Shown: piece by piece, positions 1-11,154 of the stretch
How the letters are laid out: the number at the start of each line of letters is the position of its first letter
Position numbering within the stretch: the stretch's first letter is position 1
Assembly (NCBI GenBank): GCA_002441395.1
Contig: DJVZ01000045.1
Location: 26,940 to 90,939 of the forward strand
DNA length: 64,000 nt
DNA from: Spirochaetaceae bacterium UBA6243
GTDB taxonomy: Bacteria > Spirochaetota > Spirochaetia > Treponematales > Rectinemataceae
Direction of reading: 5' to 3'
The notes under the pieces: model-generated
What the model saw: the letters and a program-made list of their open reading frames with translations, nothing else
The model's database searches: none
Told to the model about the DNA's origin: nothing
Position numbers and translations under genes: made by a program

Positions 1-1922
<1,922 letters not shown>

Positions 1923-1937
1923 AAAGCATTGTCAGCA

Positions 1938-2891
1938 TCAGCGCTTGCCGGAATCGTAAATTTCGCCGGACGCTTTCGGCCCGACCGATTTGCCCGCAAA
2001 GAGAAGAAGCGCGATGATGGTGAGCAGATACGGAAGAATATAGAAAAATTCGCCGGGCAAATTGGCAAGAAACGGAATGTCTTTCGCGTAGAACGAAAGC
2101 GCGGTTGAGAAACCGAAGAACAGCCCCGCCCCAAGTACGCCAAACGGATTCCACTTTCCGAATACAAGCGAAGCAAGCGATATGAAGCCTGTGCCATGAA
2201 TCGAGACCAGCGTGTACTGGATGTCGGCCGTGAGCACCATGACCGCACCACCAAGCCCGCCGAGCGCTCCCGAGACGAGGACGCCGAAATAGCGCATCCG
2301 GACCACATTGATACCCATACTGGCGGCTGCCTGCGGATGCTCCCCGCATGCGCGCATGCGGAGCCCGAGTGGCGTCTTGTACACCACAAACCAGGTTAGG
2401 AGCACCATCGCAATCGCGATATAGAAGGTTGGATACACCTGATCGAAGAACATGCGGCCGAGCACAGGAATTTTGCTCAGGCCGGGCACGCTGAATTTCT
2501 GAATGCCGTTGGAAAAAGAGCGTGTTCTCTGCTGATGAAAGATAATCTGACAGAGATATACGGTGAGCCCGCCGGCGAGAATGTTGAGCGCGGTTCCCGA
2601 AATGACCTGATCCGCCTTGAGATTGATGCTCGCGACGGCGTGGAGAGAGCTGAAAACGACACCTGCCAGGAGCCCGGCGAGCAATCCGTACCAGGCCGCC
2701 GCCGGCGTTGAATTCTCCAAAAGCACGGTCACCGTGGCCCCGGTGAAGGCGCCAACCATCATGATGCCCTCGAGGGCGATATTGACGACGCCGGAGCGCT
2801 CGCTGAAGAGTCCGCCAAGCGCGGTCAGGATGATTGGCGCCGAAAACATGAGCGCGATGGGAAACATCTGAAGAAAAAGTTCGAAAGTCAT
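1938..2891 (-). CDS. Nucleoside/simple-sugar (CUT2) ABC transporter permease, NupC/YufQ-like
   Basis: Hydrophobic protein with SERSGVVNIALEG and GLRMRACGEHPQAA motifs. Confidence 0.9.
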   Translation of the reverse strand: MTFELFLQMFPIALMFSAPIILTALGGLFSERSGVVNIALEGIMMVGAFTGATVTVLLENSTPAAAWYGLLAGLLAGVVFSSLHAVASINLKADQVISGTALNILAGGLTVYLCQIIFHQQRTRSFSNGIQKFSVPGLSKIPVLGRMFFDQVYPTFYIAIAMVLLTWFVVYKTPLGLRMRACGEHPQAAASMGINVVRMRYFGVLVSGALGGLGGAVMVLTADIQYTLVSIHGTGFISLASLVFGKWNPFGVLGAGLFFGFSTALSFYAKDIPFLANLPGEFFYILPYLLTIIALLLFAGKSVGPKASGEIYDSGKR

Positions 2892-3982
2892 ACGCGATCC
2901 CCTTCCGTACTGGGTGCCTGCTTGCGTTCGAATTTATCGATCACCATCTTGATGCCATATTTCATCGCGACGAAGAGCACAATCGATGCCTGAATGATGC
3001 CCGCGATTTCGCGTGGGATACCCTGAGACTGCATCAGCGGTTGGGCTGCCTTGAGGCCCCCGAACAGCATGCCGGCCAGCAAAATACCTGTGGCCTCGTT
3101 GCCGCCGACCAGCGCAACCGCGATGCCGTCGAAACCATAGCCTTCCGCGGACTGGATGACGCGGCCGAAATTGAAGGTGCCGACGGTGATCACCGCGCCG
3201 GCAAGGCCCGCAAACGCGCCGGCAATCGCCATGGACGCGACGATGTTGCGACTGACTTTCATGCCGGCATAGCGGGCGGCCTCTTTATTGTAACCAACGG
3301 CGCGCAATGAATAGCCGAAGGTCGTTTTATTGATAATAAAAGAAAATATCAGTAAGGCAAGAATGACGGGAATAAATCCCCAGTTGAGGCGGGAGTTCCG
3401 GGTGATGCTCTCCAAAAAAGGAGATTTGAGCAGCGCGGTCGTCGGAAATGGCGCGGTCTTGACTCTGTCTGCGCTGCCGAAGAGGTGCAGAATGACAAAA
3501 TTATTGAAATGCAAGGCTATGTAGTTCATCATGATGGTGACGACGACCTCGTGCACATTGTAGCGGGCCTTTAAAAGGCCGGGAATGGCACCCCAGAGGG
3601 CTCCGCCCAGAATCCCCGCGAGCAGCACGAGCGGCAGATGAATCCCTTTGGGCGCCTCCAGAAGAAGCGCCACAGCCGTCGCCGAAATCGAGCCAATCAT
3701 AAGCTGGCCTTCCGCGCCTATGCTGAAAAGCCCGGTCCTCGACGCAAACGCGAAGGATAGCCCCGTAAGGATGATCGGCATCGCCTGAATTACGAATTCG
3801 CCGATATAGCGTGTGTTGATGGGCTGCCCGTTCAAGATGTCGATGCCGGAAAAGCCCTTGATGATCGCTGCATACATCGAAAGCGGCGAACGCCCGGTAA
3901 GTTTGACGATGAGAGAGCCCAGCACAAATCCCAAAAGCACCGCGATGAGCGGAAGCACAATCTTTTCTTTTCTTGCTGTCAT
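2888..3982 (-). CDS. Nucleoside/simple-sugar ABC transporter permease, NupB/YufP-like
   Basis: GLFSIGAEGQ, HEVVVTIMMNYIA and GFDGIAVALVG motifs; 4-nt overlap with the next gene. Confidence 0.9.
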   Translation of the reverse strand: MTARKEKIVLPLIAVLLGFVLGSLIVKLTGRSPLSMYAAIIKGFSGIDILNGQPINTRYIGEFVIQAMPIILTGLSFAFASRTGLFSIGAEGQLMIGSISATAVALLLEAPKGIHLPLVLLAGILGGALWGAIPGLLKARYNVHEVVVTIMMNYIALHFNNFVILHLFGSADRVKTAPFPTTALLKSPFLESITRNSRLNWGFIPVILALLIFSFIINKTTFGYSLRAVGYNKEAARYAGMKVSRNIVASMAIAGAFAGLAGAVITVGTFNFGRVIQSAEGYGFDGIAVALVGGNEATGILLAGMLFGGLKAAQPLMQSQGIPREIAGIIQASIVLFVAMKYGIKMVIDKFERKQAPSTEGDRV

Positions 3983-3996
3983 CGATCTTCCTCCGT

Positions 3997-5559
3997 TCAG
4001 GCGTGAACCGCTTCGTGTGCGGGGTGGGGAGTGCTGCGAGTCTTGCGGAGCGCACCGGACATCATGAGGCCAAGCTCGTTCTCATTGGTTGCCGCCGCAT
4101 CCACAATGCCAACAATTTCACCGTTGTAAATCACCGCGATCCGGTCAGAAACATCCATGATCTCATCGAGTTCCAGGGAGACGAGAAAAATGGCCTTGTT
4201 CTTGTCGCGCTCTTCGATAATCCGCTTGTGGATATACTCGATTGCTCCGACGTCGAGGCCGCGGGTTGGCTGAACCACCACGAAGACATCGGGCGAGCGA
4301 TCGATTTCGCGGGCGACAATGGCCTTCTGCTGATTGCCGCCGGACATGGCCCTCGCCGGCGTCATGGCCCCCTGGCCCGAACGCACGTCGAATTCCTGAA
4401 TAAGCCTCTCGGCGTTTTCGAAAATGGCTTTTTTATTCAAAATCCCGAAGTTGGCGAAGGGCTTTTCATAGTAATTGTGAATGATAAAGTTTTCACCCAT
4501 CGTGAAATCGAGCACAAGGCCGTGCTTCTGGCGGTCTTCGGGAATATGCCCAAGACCGCGATCGGTCCGCTCTTTGATCGAGAGGTGTGTTATGTCTTTA
4601 TCTTTCAAATAGATTTTACCGGATTCAATTTTACATAGCCCCGTGACCGCCTGCACCAGCTCCGTCTGTCCATTGCCGTCGATGCCGCAGAGACCAAGAA
4701 CTTCCCCCGCGCGCACGGTAAGCGACAAATTCTTAACGCCGAGCACTCCTTTGAGATTTTTTACATTGAGCTGTTCGATGCGTAAAAGTTCATCGCCCGG
4801 CTTTGCGGGCATCTTCTCGACATGGAAACTGACCTGGCGGCCTACCATCATTTCAGCCATTTTCTCTTCGTCGGTATCTGCGACGGGCACCGTTCCTACA
4901 AACTTTCCTCGCCTGAGAACGGTGCATACATCCGCAACTTCCTTAATTTCCTTGAGCTTGTGAGTAATGAGCAAAATGGTCTTGCCCTCTTCCACCAGCC
5001 GCCTCATGATCTGCATGAGCTCATGAATCTCCTGAGGCGTAAGGACTGCCGTGGGTTCGTCGAAAATAAGGATCTCCGCATCGCGGTAGAGCATCTTGAG
5101 TATCTCAACACGCTGCTGCATGCTGACTGAAATGTCCTCAATTTTTGCGCGCGGATCGACCGCCAATCCATAAAGTCTCGAAATTTCTTCAACTTTTTGT
5201 TCCGCGGTACGGATATCGATGACCGGACCTTTGTGCGGTTCCATCCCGAGGATAATATTCTCTGTGACTGTAAAATTGTGCACGAGCTTGAAATGCTGAT
5301 GGACCATGCCAATGCCAAGTGAAGTTGCGACATTTGGGTCGCTGATCTTGACCTCTTTGCCTCGTACCCGGATTGAGCCGCCATCAGGCTGATACAAGCC
5401 GAATAGAATGCTCATCAGTGTGGATTTCCCTGCACCATTTTCGCCCAGGAGAGCGTGTATCGACCGTTCTTCAATTTGAAGCGTAATATCGTCGTTTGCT
5501 CTGATTCCGGGGAAATCCTTAGTGATGTGAAACATCTCTACGATGTACGACACCTGCAA
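3997..5559 (-). CDS. Nucleoside/simple-sugar ABC transporter ATP-binding protein (two ABC domains), NupA/YufO-like
   Basis: GENGAGKST, FDEPTAVL, MSGGNQQK and QPTRGLDVGA motifs; TTG start with GGGGG SD. Confidence 0.93.
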   Translation of the reverse strand: MQVSYIVEMFHITKDFPGIRANDDITLQIEERSIHALLGENGAGKSTLMSILFGLYQPDGGSIRVRGKEVKISDPNVATSLGIGMVHQHFKLVHNFTVTENIILGMEPHKGPVIDIRTAEQKVEEISRLYGLAVDPRAKIEDISVSMQQRVEILKMLYRDAEILIFDEPTAVLTPQEIHELMQIMRRLVEEGKTILLITHKLKEIKEVADVCTVLRRGKFVGTVPVADTDEEKMAEMMVGRQVSFHVEKMPAKPGDELLRIEQLNVKNLKGVLGVKNLSLTVRAGEVLGLCGIDGNGQTELVQAVTGLCKIESGKIYLKDKDITHLSIKERTDRGLGHIPEDRQKHGLVLDFTMGENFIIHNYYEKPFANFGILNKKAIFENAERLIQEFDVRSGQGAMTPARAMSGGNQQKAIVAREIDRSPDVFVVVQPTRGLDVGAIEYIHKRIIEERDKNKAIFLVSLELDEIMDVSDRIAVIYNGEIVGIVDAAATNENELGLMMSGALRKTRSTPHPAHEAVHA

Positions 5560-5624
5560 CCCCCTGGATTAGGATAAAAAACGAGTATATCATACCATGA
5601 TTTTCTTCGCCAGAGAGGGAACGA

Positions 5625-6470
5625 TTATCGTTTCTTTCTTGTCCCAATAAAGAGATTGAGGCTCAATACGAAAACGACGAGGAGCAAGGCCGCTCCCCAG
5701 GCTTTTTGATGCCAGTCGTCGTACGGGCTTTTAATGTATTCATAGATCACTAAGGGAAGCGCGGAGATAGGACCTTTAAAATTCAGGCTTAAAAATGGAT
5801 TGCCAAAAGCGGTAAAGAGAAGGGGAGCCGTTTCGCCTGCGGCGCGGGCGATTCCAAGGCCTGTCGCTTCCAGAATGCCTGAACCGGCTGCGGGCAAAAC
5901 GATTTCGACAATCACGCGCCAGCGGGGAGCTCCCAGCGCGAGCGCGGCTTCCACATACGAAGCGGGCACCATCTCCAGCGATTCTTTTATCATGCTGATC
6001 ATGAGGGGCAGCATGACGATCGAGAGCGCAATGCCGCCCGAGAGCGCTGAGAAAGTTTTCATAGGCACAACAACCCATGAGTAAATGACAACGCCTATGA
6101 CAATAGAGGGAATGCCCTGCAAGGTGTTGACCACACTCAAAAGCCCATTGGCCCTTTTTGAACCCTTGTGTTCATATAGATAAAGGGCCGCAAGCAGAGA
6201 AAATGGCAGCGCTATTACAATTGCTGTGGCCAGCAGCATGAGCGTACCGACAATCGCCTGCACAATGCCGCCGCCGATCTCGCCAAAAGGCTTCTGTTGC
6301 TGAAAAAAGAAATCAAAATTGAGCGATTTGGCGCCATTCACCACGACCTGCGCCAAAATGAGAAACAGCAGGGCAATCACAATGCCCGCGGGCACCATCA
6401 CTGCGATTCTGAAAAATATGTCTTTTCTTTTCCGGCCCCTGTACTGGCCCGCAAAAACATTATTTTCCAT
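5625..6470 (-). CDS. pstA: Phosphate ABC transporter permease PstA
   Basis: GIPSIVIG, EAALALGA and ARAAGETAPLLFT motifs; follows pstC. Confidence 0.92.
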   Translation of the reverse strand: MENNVFAGQYRGRKRKDIFFRIAVMVPAGIVIALLFLILAQVVVNGAKSLNFDFFFQQQKPFGEIGGGIVQAIVGTLMLLATAIVIALPFSLLAALYLYEHKGSKRANGLLSVVNTLQGIPSIVIGVVIYSWVVVPMKTFSALSGGIALSIVMLPLMISMIKESLEMVPASYVEAALALGAPRWRVIVEIVLPAAGSGILEATGLGIARAAGETAPLLFTAFGNPFLSLNFKGPISALPLVIYEYIKSPYDDWHQKAWGAALLLVVFVLSLNLFIGTRKKR

Positions 6471-7332
6471 AGGCGCCCATCCCTTTGCTCATCAGGGACC
6501 TTCCGAACCAGCCGGCAAGCATAGTGATCACAAGAAGAATGAGAGCGAGCCCCATCATGGCCGAACGGTGGACATCACTTGCGGCCTCGTTGAATTGTGA
6601 CGCAATGACGCTCGCCAGCGTATTCCCGAGCGAGAACAGCGACGTCGGAATACGCGTCGCGTTGCCGATGAGCATGGTCACCGCCATTGTTTCGCCGAGC
6701 GCGCGGCCGAGTGAAAGCAGAATTCCGGCAAATATGCTATTTTTTGCGAAAGGAAGAGCGATACCCGTGACCACTTCCTGCTTCGTGAGCCCAAGGGCGA
6801 AGGCGCCTTCTCTCAGGCCCGCAGGAACATTCATGAGCGCTTCGCGGGTCATCGAGGACATGTAGGGAATGATCATGATCGCGAGCACGAGGGAAGCGGA
6901 GAGGATGCCGGCGCCATAGGGAGGGGCTCCCACCAGCATCGCAAGCTTCCTTATCAGCGGAATCACGACTTCAATCCCCCACAGGCCGAACACAACCGAC
7001 GGGATTGAAGCGAGCACATTGATGAGCGTATTTAAAATAGAGCGAATCCAGCTCGAATTGACATACTCGCCCATCACTATCCCCGCGCTGAGCGACAGGG
7101 GAATCGCGATGACAAGAGCGATGGCCGACGTCATCAGAGTACCGATTATAAAAGGCAAGGCACCAAAATGGGTTGTGACCGGGTTCCATTCCGAACCATA
7201 CAAGAATGCAGCCCCTTCCTGCTTTACCGCCGGAAGGGATTGCACTACAAGAGTAAACAAAAACCCTGCGAAGATAAAAACGATTACCAGAGCTGCAAAA
7301 CCGAGCAGGGCATTAAATCTTCTGTCATTCAT
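6460..7332 (-). CDS. pstC: Phosphate ABC transporter permease PstC
   Basis: WNP..FGALPFIIGT, IPSVVFGLWG and GRALGETMAVTM motifs. Confidence 0.93.
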   Translation of the reverse strand: MNDRRFNALLGFAALVIVFIFAGFLFTLVVQSLPAVKQEGAAFLYGSEWNPVTTHFGALPFIIGTLMTSAIALVIAIPLSLSAGIVMGEYVNSSWIRSILNTLINVLASIPSVVFGLWGIEVVIPLIRKLAMLVGAPPYGAGILSASLVLAIMIIPYMSSMTREALMNVPAGLREGAFALGLTKQEVVTGIALPFAKNSIFAGILLSLGRALGETMAVTMLIGNATRIPTSLFSLGNTLASVIASQFNEAASDVHRSAMMGLALILLVITMLAGWFGRSLMSKGMGAYGK

Positions 7333-7425
7333 GTTTTAGAAACCAAATACATAAATGTTGCTTTAAAGTCAAGGCAGGCCGGCATTGCCATCTTAAGGCG
7401 GCAACACACAGCCTGCGCATCGGAC

Positions 7426-8472
7426 TTATTTCACCAGAGGCTGGCCATCGTAGGTGATGCTCTTGATGATGGCTTCGGCGGCTTTCAACGCGGGCGCCGG
7501 CAGCGTGGCATAATCGAGCGAGGTCACATATTTCTGGCCATCGTGGATCATCCACCAGAGGAGCTTGGCGAGCTGATCAGCCTGCTCGCGGGAGCGGTTG
7601 CCGTAATTCTGCTCGCGGTAGACGATGATCCAGGTGAGAGCACTGATTGGGTAACCTTCTTTCGCGTCGGTGTTGACGAGAAGAATGCGGGTATCTGCCG
7701 GGAAGGCTCCTGCGGCAGCAGCCGAGATCGATTCGAGGCTCGGATCGACCCACATGCCGCTTGAATTCTTTATAGCCGCCACTGCCATGCTGTTCTGGTT
7801 TGCGTAGGCCAGCTCGACATAGCCGACACTGCCCTGAGTCTGCTTTACCACACCCGCCACGCCGGCATTCTGCGCCGCGCCCTGCCCTGCCGGCCAGCTC
7901 ACGGAGTTCGCGTTGCCAACCTTTGACTTCCACTCAGCGCTCACCGCGCTTAAATAAGCGGTAAAATTGAAGGTCGTCCCCGAGCCATCGGAACGGTAGA
8001 CGGGCATGATCGCGAGGTTGGGAAGCTTGACATTAGGATTGAGCTCCGCAACGGCCTTGTCGTTCCACTTCGTGATTTTACCCAAATAGATGTCGGCCAC
8101 CACGTCGCCGGTCAGTCTGAGCTTGGGATTGCCGGGAAGATTGTAGGTGACGACGACCGCGCCAATCACCGTGGGGATGTGTACGACCTGAGCGGGATAC
8201 TTGCTGAAATCCGCGTCCTTGATGAACGAATCCGAACCACCAAAATCGACGACACGATCCTGAATATTCTTGAGGCCGCCTGAAGACCCGATAGACTGGT
8301 AATTCACTTTGACGCCAGTCGCTTTGTAATATTCATCGAACATCTTGGTATAGGCAGGAGCAGGGAATGACGCGCCGGAGCCCAAGAGGCTCTGTGCGCC
8401 AAGCACGCCTGTCAGCCCGACAACAAATAGAGCGAGCAAAACCAGCTTCCTCGAAACTGCATTTCGTTTCAT
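7426..8472 (-). CDS. pstS: Phosphate ABC transporter substrate-binding protein PstS
   Basis: GSGASFPAP, YQSIGSSGG, DFGGSD, RSDGSGTT and YPIS motifs; signal peptide; ATG 8472 preceded by GGAGG. Confidence 0.95.
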   Translation of the reverse strand: MKRNAVSRKLVLLALFVVGLTGVLGAQSLLGSGASFPAPAYTKMFDEYYKATGVKVNYQSIGSSGGLKNIQDRVVDFGGSDSFIKDADFSKYPAQVVHIPTVIGAVVVTYNLPGNPKLRLTGDVVADIYLGKITKWNDKAVAELNPNVKLPNLAIMPVYRSDGSGTTFNFTAYLSAVSAEWKSKVGNANSVSWPAGQGAAQNAGVAGVVKQTQGSVGYVELAYANQNSMAVAAIKNSSGMWVDPSLESISAAAAGAFPADTRILLVNTDAKEGYPISALTWIIVYREQNYGNRSREQADQLAKLLWWMIHDGQKYVTSLDYATLPAPALKAAEAIIKSITYDGQPLVK

Positions 8473-8577
8473 TGCGTTTTCCTCCATCTTCGTCTTCATT
8501 TCGTGAATGTGCAGGCGACGCAAAAGCGCACGCCATATACGATTTTCACGATGTACAAAGAGAGGATATTCGGGACA

Positions 8578-8616
8578 AATTAATAGATTTTCTGATTTGT
8601 GTTAGGAAATGATTAA
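8578..8616 (-). promoter_or_regulatory. Candidate Pho box (11-bp periodic TTAAYH-like units) upstream of pstS
   Basis: Minus strand reads TTAATC-N5-CTAACA-N5-CAGAAA-N5-TTAATT, with exact 11-nt spacing and degenerate units. Confidence 0.35.
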
Positions 8617-8644
8617 AAACAGGGCTGCCTAGATGGGCAGCCCT
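8615..8644 (-). terminator. Intrinsic terminator after the BMP gene
   Basis: AGGGCTGCC/GGCAGCCCT stem followed by GTTTTT on the minus strand. Confidence 0.8.
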
Positions 8645-8677
8645 TTGCTGTAACACTGAATCTAGACGTTCATGCGC

Positions 8678-9682
8678 TTATTTCGCCGGAACCTCGGAAA
8701 CGACGAGCTTGCCGGACGCGATCATCGCTTCGTACTCTTTGACTTTCGCCAGAATGTCCGCAGAGAGGTTGGGGTTCTTGTCGGGGATGCCGACGCCCTT
8801 GTTCTTCACGGTGAAGACGAGGCTCTGGCCGCCGGGGAACTTGCCGTCCATGGTCATCTTGCAAACGTCATACGCGGCCACATCGACGCGCTTCATCATC
8901 GAGGTGAGGACTGCCGACTTGCTGCCGCTGTAGATGCCATCGGCATACTGATCCTTGTCGACGCCGATCGCCCAGCGGATATCACCCTTCTGGGAGCGCT
9001 CTTTGGCTTCCTTGATGAGGCCATTGCCCGTGCCACCAGCGGCATGGAAAATGATATAGGCGCCGGCATTGTACTGCTTCTGCGCAAGAGCCTGACCTTT
9101 ATCCGGAGCCGCGAAATCGCCGGCATAGTCTACGAGGATCTTGCAATCCGGATAGACTGCCTTTACGCCCTGCTCGAAACCAGCCTGGAATTTTTCAATG
9201 AGCGGAAACTGCATGCCGCCGATAAAGCCAACGATGTTCTTCCCGTCGGCCTTCGCCTTGAGTCCCGCCGCGACACCAACGAGGAAGGAGCCTTCGTGCT
9301 CGGCGAAGCCGGCCGAGGCGACGTTCGGGAGGTTCACGACGGTGTCGATGATGAGGAACTTACGGGTCGGATAGTTGGTCGCGACCTGCGTCATTGCCTG
9401 CTCAAAGAGGAATCCCGGAGCGATGATGAGGCTCAATCCTTCATCCGCAAAGGTCGAAAGGTTCGGGACATAATCTGCTTCCGCGCTGGACTGCAAATAC
9501 TTGTAATTGCCTTTCGCGAGCTTGAAATCCTGCGCGAAGCGGACAATGCCTTCCCACGTGCCCTGGTTGAAGGACTTGTCGTCAATACCACCAACGTCGG
9601 TGACGAGACCGACTCTGAACTGTGCAAACACCGGCGCCGCGATGAGTGCAGCGACGACAAGCACTAATAGCGCTTTTTTCAT
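8678..9682 (-). CDS. BMP-family (PnrA/TmpC-like) nucleoside ABC substrate-binding protein
   Basis: DVGGIDDKSFNQ, EHEGSFLVG, AAGGTGNG, IGVDKDQ and TSMMKRVD motifs; N-terminal signal peptide; GGAGG SD. Confidence 0.92.
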   Translation of the reverse strand: MKKALLVLVVAALIAAPVFAQFRVGLVTDVGGIDDKSFNQGTWEGIVRFAQDFKLAKGNYKYLQSSAEADYVPNLSTFADEGLSLIIAPGFLFEQAMTQVATNYPTRKFLIIDTVVNLPNVASAGFAEHEGSFLVGVAAGLKAKADGKNIVGFIGGMQFPLIEKFQAGFEQGVKAVYPDCKILVDYAGDFAAPDKGQALAQKQYNAGAYIIFHAAGGTGNGLIKEAKERSQKGDIRWAIGVDKDQYADGIYSGSKSAVLTSMMKRVDVAAYDVCKMTMDGKFPGGQSLVFTVKNKGVGIPDKNPNLSADILAKVKEYEAMIASGKLVVSEVPAK

Positions 9683-9756
9683 GCTTCATCCTCCTTTGAA
9701 GATTGCTCTACACGATACGCGAAGATTATGCCAATCTATCGCATTAAGTAACGTAA

Positions 9757-9785
9757 ATGGTAAAGCGACCGCCGCAGATTGTCAA
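9757..9785 (-). promoter_or_regulatory. Sigma70-type promoter for the BMP gene
   Basis: TTGACA-N17-TACCAT on the minus strand. Confidence 0.65.
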
Positions 9786-9821
9786 TAAGAATTTTACAAT
9801 TGCGAAGACTATCTAGACATT

Positions 9822-10493
9822 TTAGACCGATGCTTCGGCATCGCGCATGATCGCTATGCCCGCGGATGCCCCGATGCGCGACGCACCCGCTTCGAGCATA
9901 GCCACCGCATCCTCATAAGTCTTGATGCCGCCCGAAGCCTTCACGAAAGCTGCATCGCCGATACTCTCTTTCATGAAGCGGACATCCTCCGCCGTTGCGC
10001 CACCAGTGCCGAACCCTGTGCTCGTCTGCACAAAGACCGCTCCTGCGTCCACCGCCGCTCTGCATGCATCGACCTTTTCTTCCCGCGTCAAGTAGCACGT
10101 TTCGATAATCGTCTTGACAATGGCGTGTTTCGAGGCCTTTACCACCGCAGCGATATCTTCGCGGACCGAAGTCCAGTCTCCCGCCTTTGCGCGCCCGATA
10201 TTGATCACCATATCGACTTCGCGGGCACCCTCCGCGACCGCGCGGCGCGCCTCTTCCGCCTTGACAGCCGTGCCGTTTGCCCCGAGGGGAAAACCGACCA
10301 CCGTCGCAATCAGCACCTCAGAACCGGCAAGTTCTCTGGCGCAGACCGGGACCCAATATGGATTTACGCAGACTGCTTTGAATTTGTGCTGTCTGGCTTC
10401 CGAACACAGTGCTTTTATCTGATCTTCGGTTGCGGTGGCTTTCAGCAATGTATGATCGATGGTCGCAGCGATCAGCTTTCCGGTCCAATTCAT
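9822..10493 (-). CDS. deoC: Deoxyribose-phosphate aldolase (Schiff-base Lys replaced by Gln in this sequence)
   Basis: IDHTLLK, VVGFPLG, EVDMVINIG, KTIIET and VKASGGIK motifs; FVQTSTGF replaces the usual FVKTSTGF. Confidence 0.92.
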   Translation of the reverse strand: MNWTGKLIAATIDHTLLKATATEDQIKALCSEARQHKFKAVCVNPYWVPVCARELAGSEVLIATVVGFPLGANGTAVKAEEARRAVAEGAREVDMVINIGRAKAGDWTSVREDIAAVVKASKHAIVKTIIETCYLTREEKVDACRAAVDAGAVFVQTSTGFGTGGATAEDVRFMKESIGDAAFVKASGGIKTYEDAVAMLEAGASRIGASAGIAIMRDAEASV

Positions 10494-10515
10494 TTTTCAT
10501 TCCTCCGTATCAGCG

Positions 10516-11154
10516 CTAAATCTCGATCCTGTTGCGCAGATATTCGCGGCGGGTGGCAACGAGCTCTCTCAGCTCCGCGAGCATGCGCTCATCCGCCCTT
10601 TCGGCAATTGGAAACACGAATTGCTCTGTCTCATCGGTGTACCGGCGGACAAACACATCGTCGGTCACGTAGCCGAGGCTGATCATGTTCGAAATGCGGT
10701 CCGCGCTCTTGAGCACCCTGGCACGCAGCGACCCATAATCGCGAATACGCGTAAGAAACTCAGCCTTATTTTCGACCGGACGCCGGGTTACCTCGAGCAC
10801 CAGTTTATAGACATCGATCGCTTCGTCATCGATCGAAAGAATGCTGTCCGGATCCGTCTCGGGGGCATCTTCAAGCAGGTCATGAATGAGAGAGGCTTTG
10901 AGCAGCACGGAGTCGATATAGCCATAGTCCATAAGAATCGCCATAGTGTCGAGCTGATGCCGGAACATGTTGCCGCCGCTTCTTCTGGGCTTGCCGATGA
11001 GGCAGGTTGCCAGCTGAATGTAGGGCGCAAGGTGCATGCGCTTGAGGCGCAACATGGCGGCCTTGTCCATGGTGAGGCGGTCGGAGCGGAGCACTGAATT
11101 CTGTTTGGGAAGAGAAATCTCGCCATTCTGAGGGCCATCCTCTCCTGAATTCAT
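10516..11154 (-). CDS. Stand-alone HD-domain protein, small alarmone hydrolase (SAH/Mesh1)-like
   Basis: RRSGGNMFRH, IHDLLED and LKSADRISN resemble RSH hydrolase motifs; ATGA overlap with the valS stop. Confidence 0.7.
   Translation of the reverse strand: MNSGEDGPQNGEISLPKQNSVLRSDRLTMDKAAMLRLKRMHLAPYIQLATCLIGKPRRSGGNMFRHQLDTMAILMDYGYIDSVLLKASLIHDLLEDAPETDPDSILSIDDEAIDVYKLVLEVTRRPVENKAEFLTRIRDYGSLRARVLKSADRISNMISLGYVTDDVFVRRYTDETEQFVFPIAERADERMLAELRELVATRREYLRNRIEI

Noticed and set aside
9683..9756. Purine riboswitch upstream of the BMP gene
   Set aside because: The conserved aptamer core and expression platform are not recognisable.
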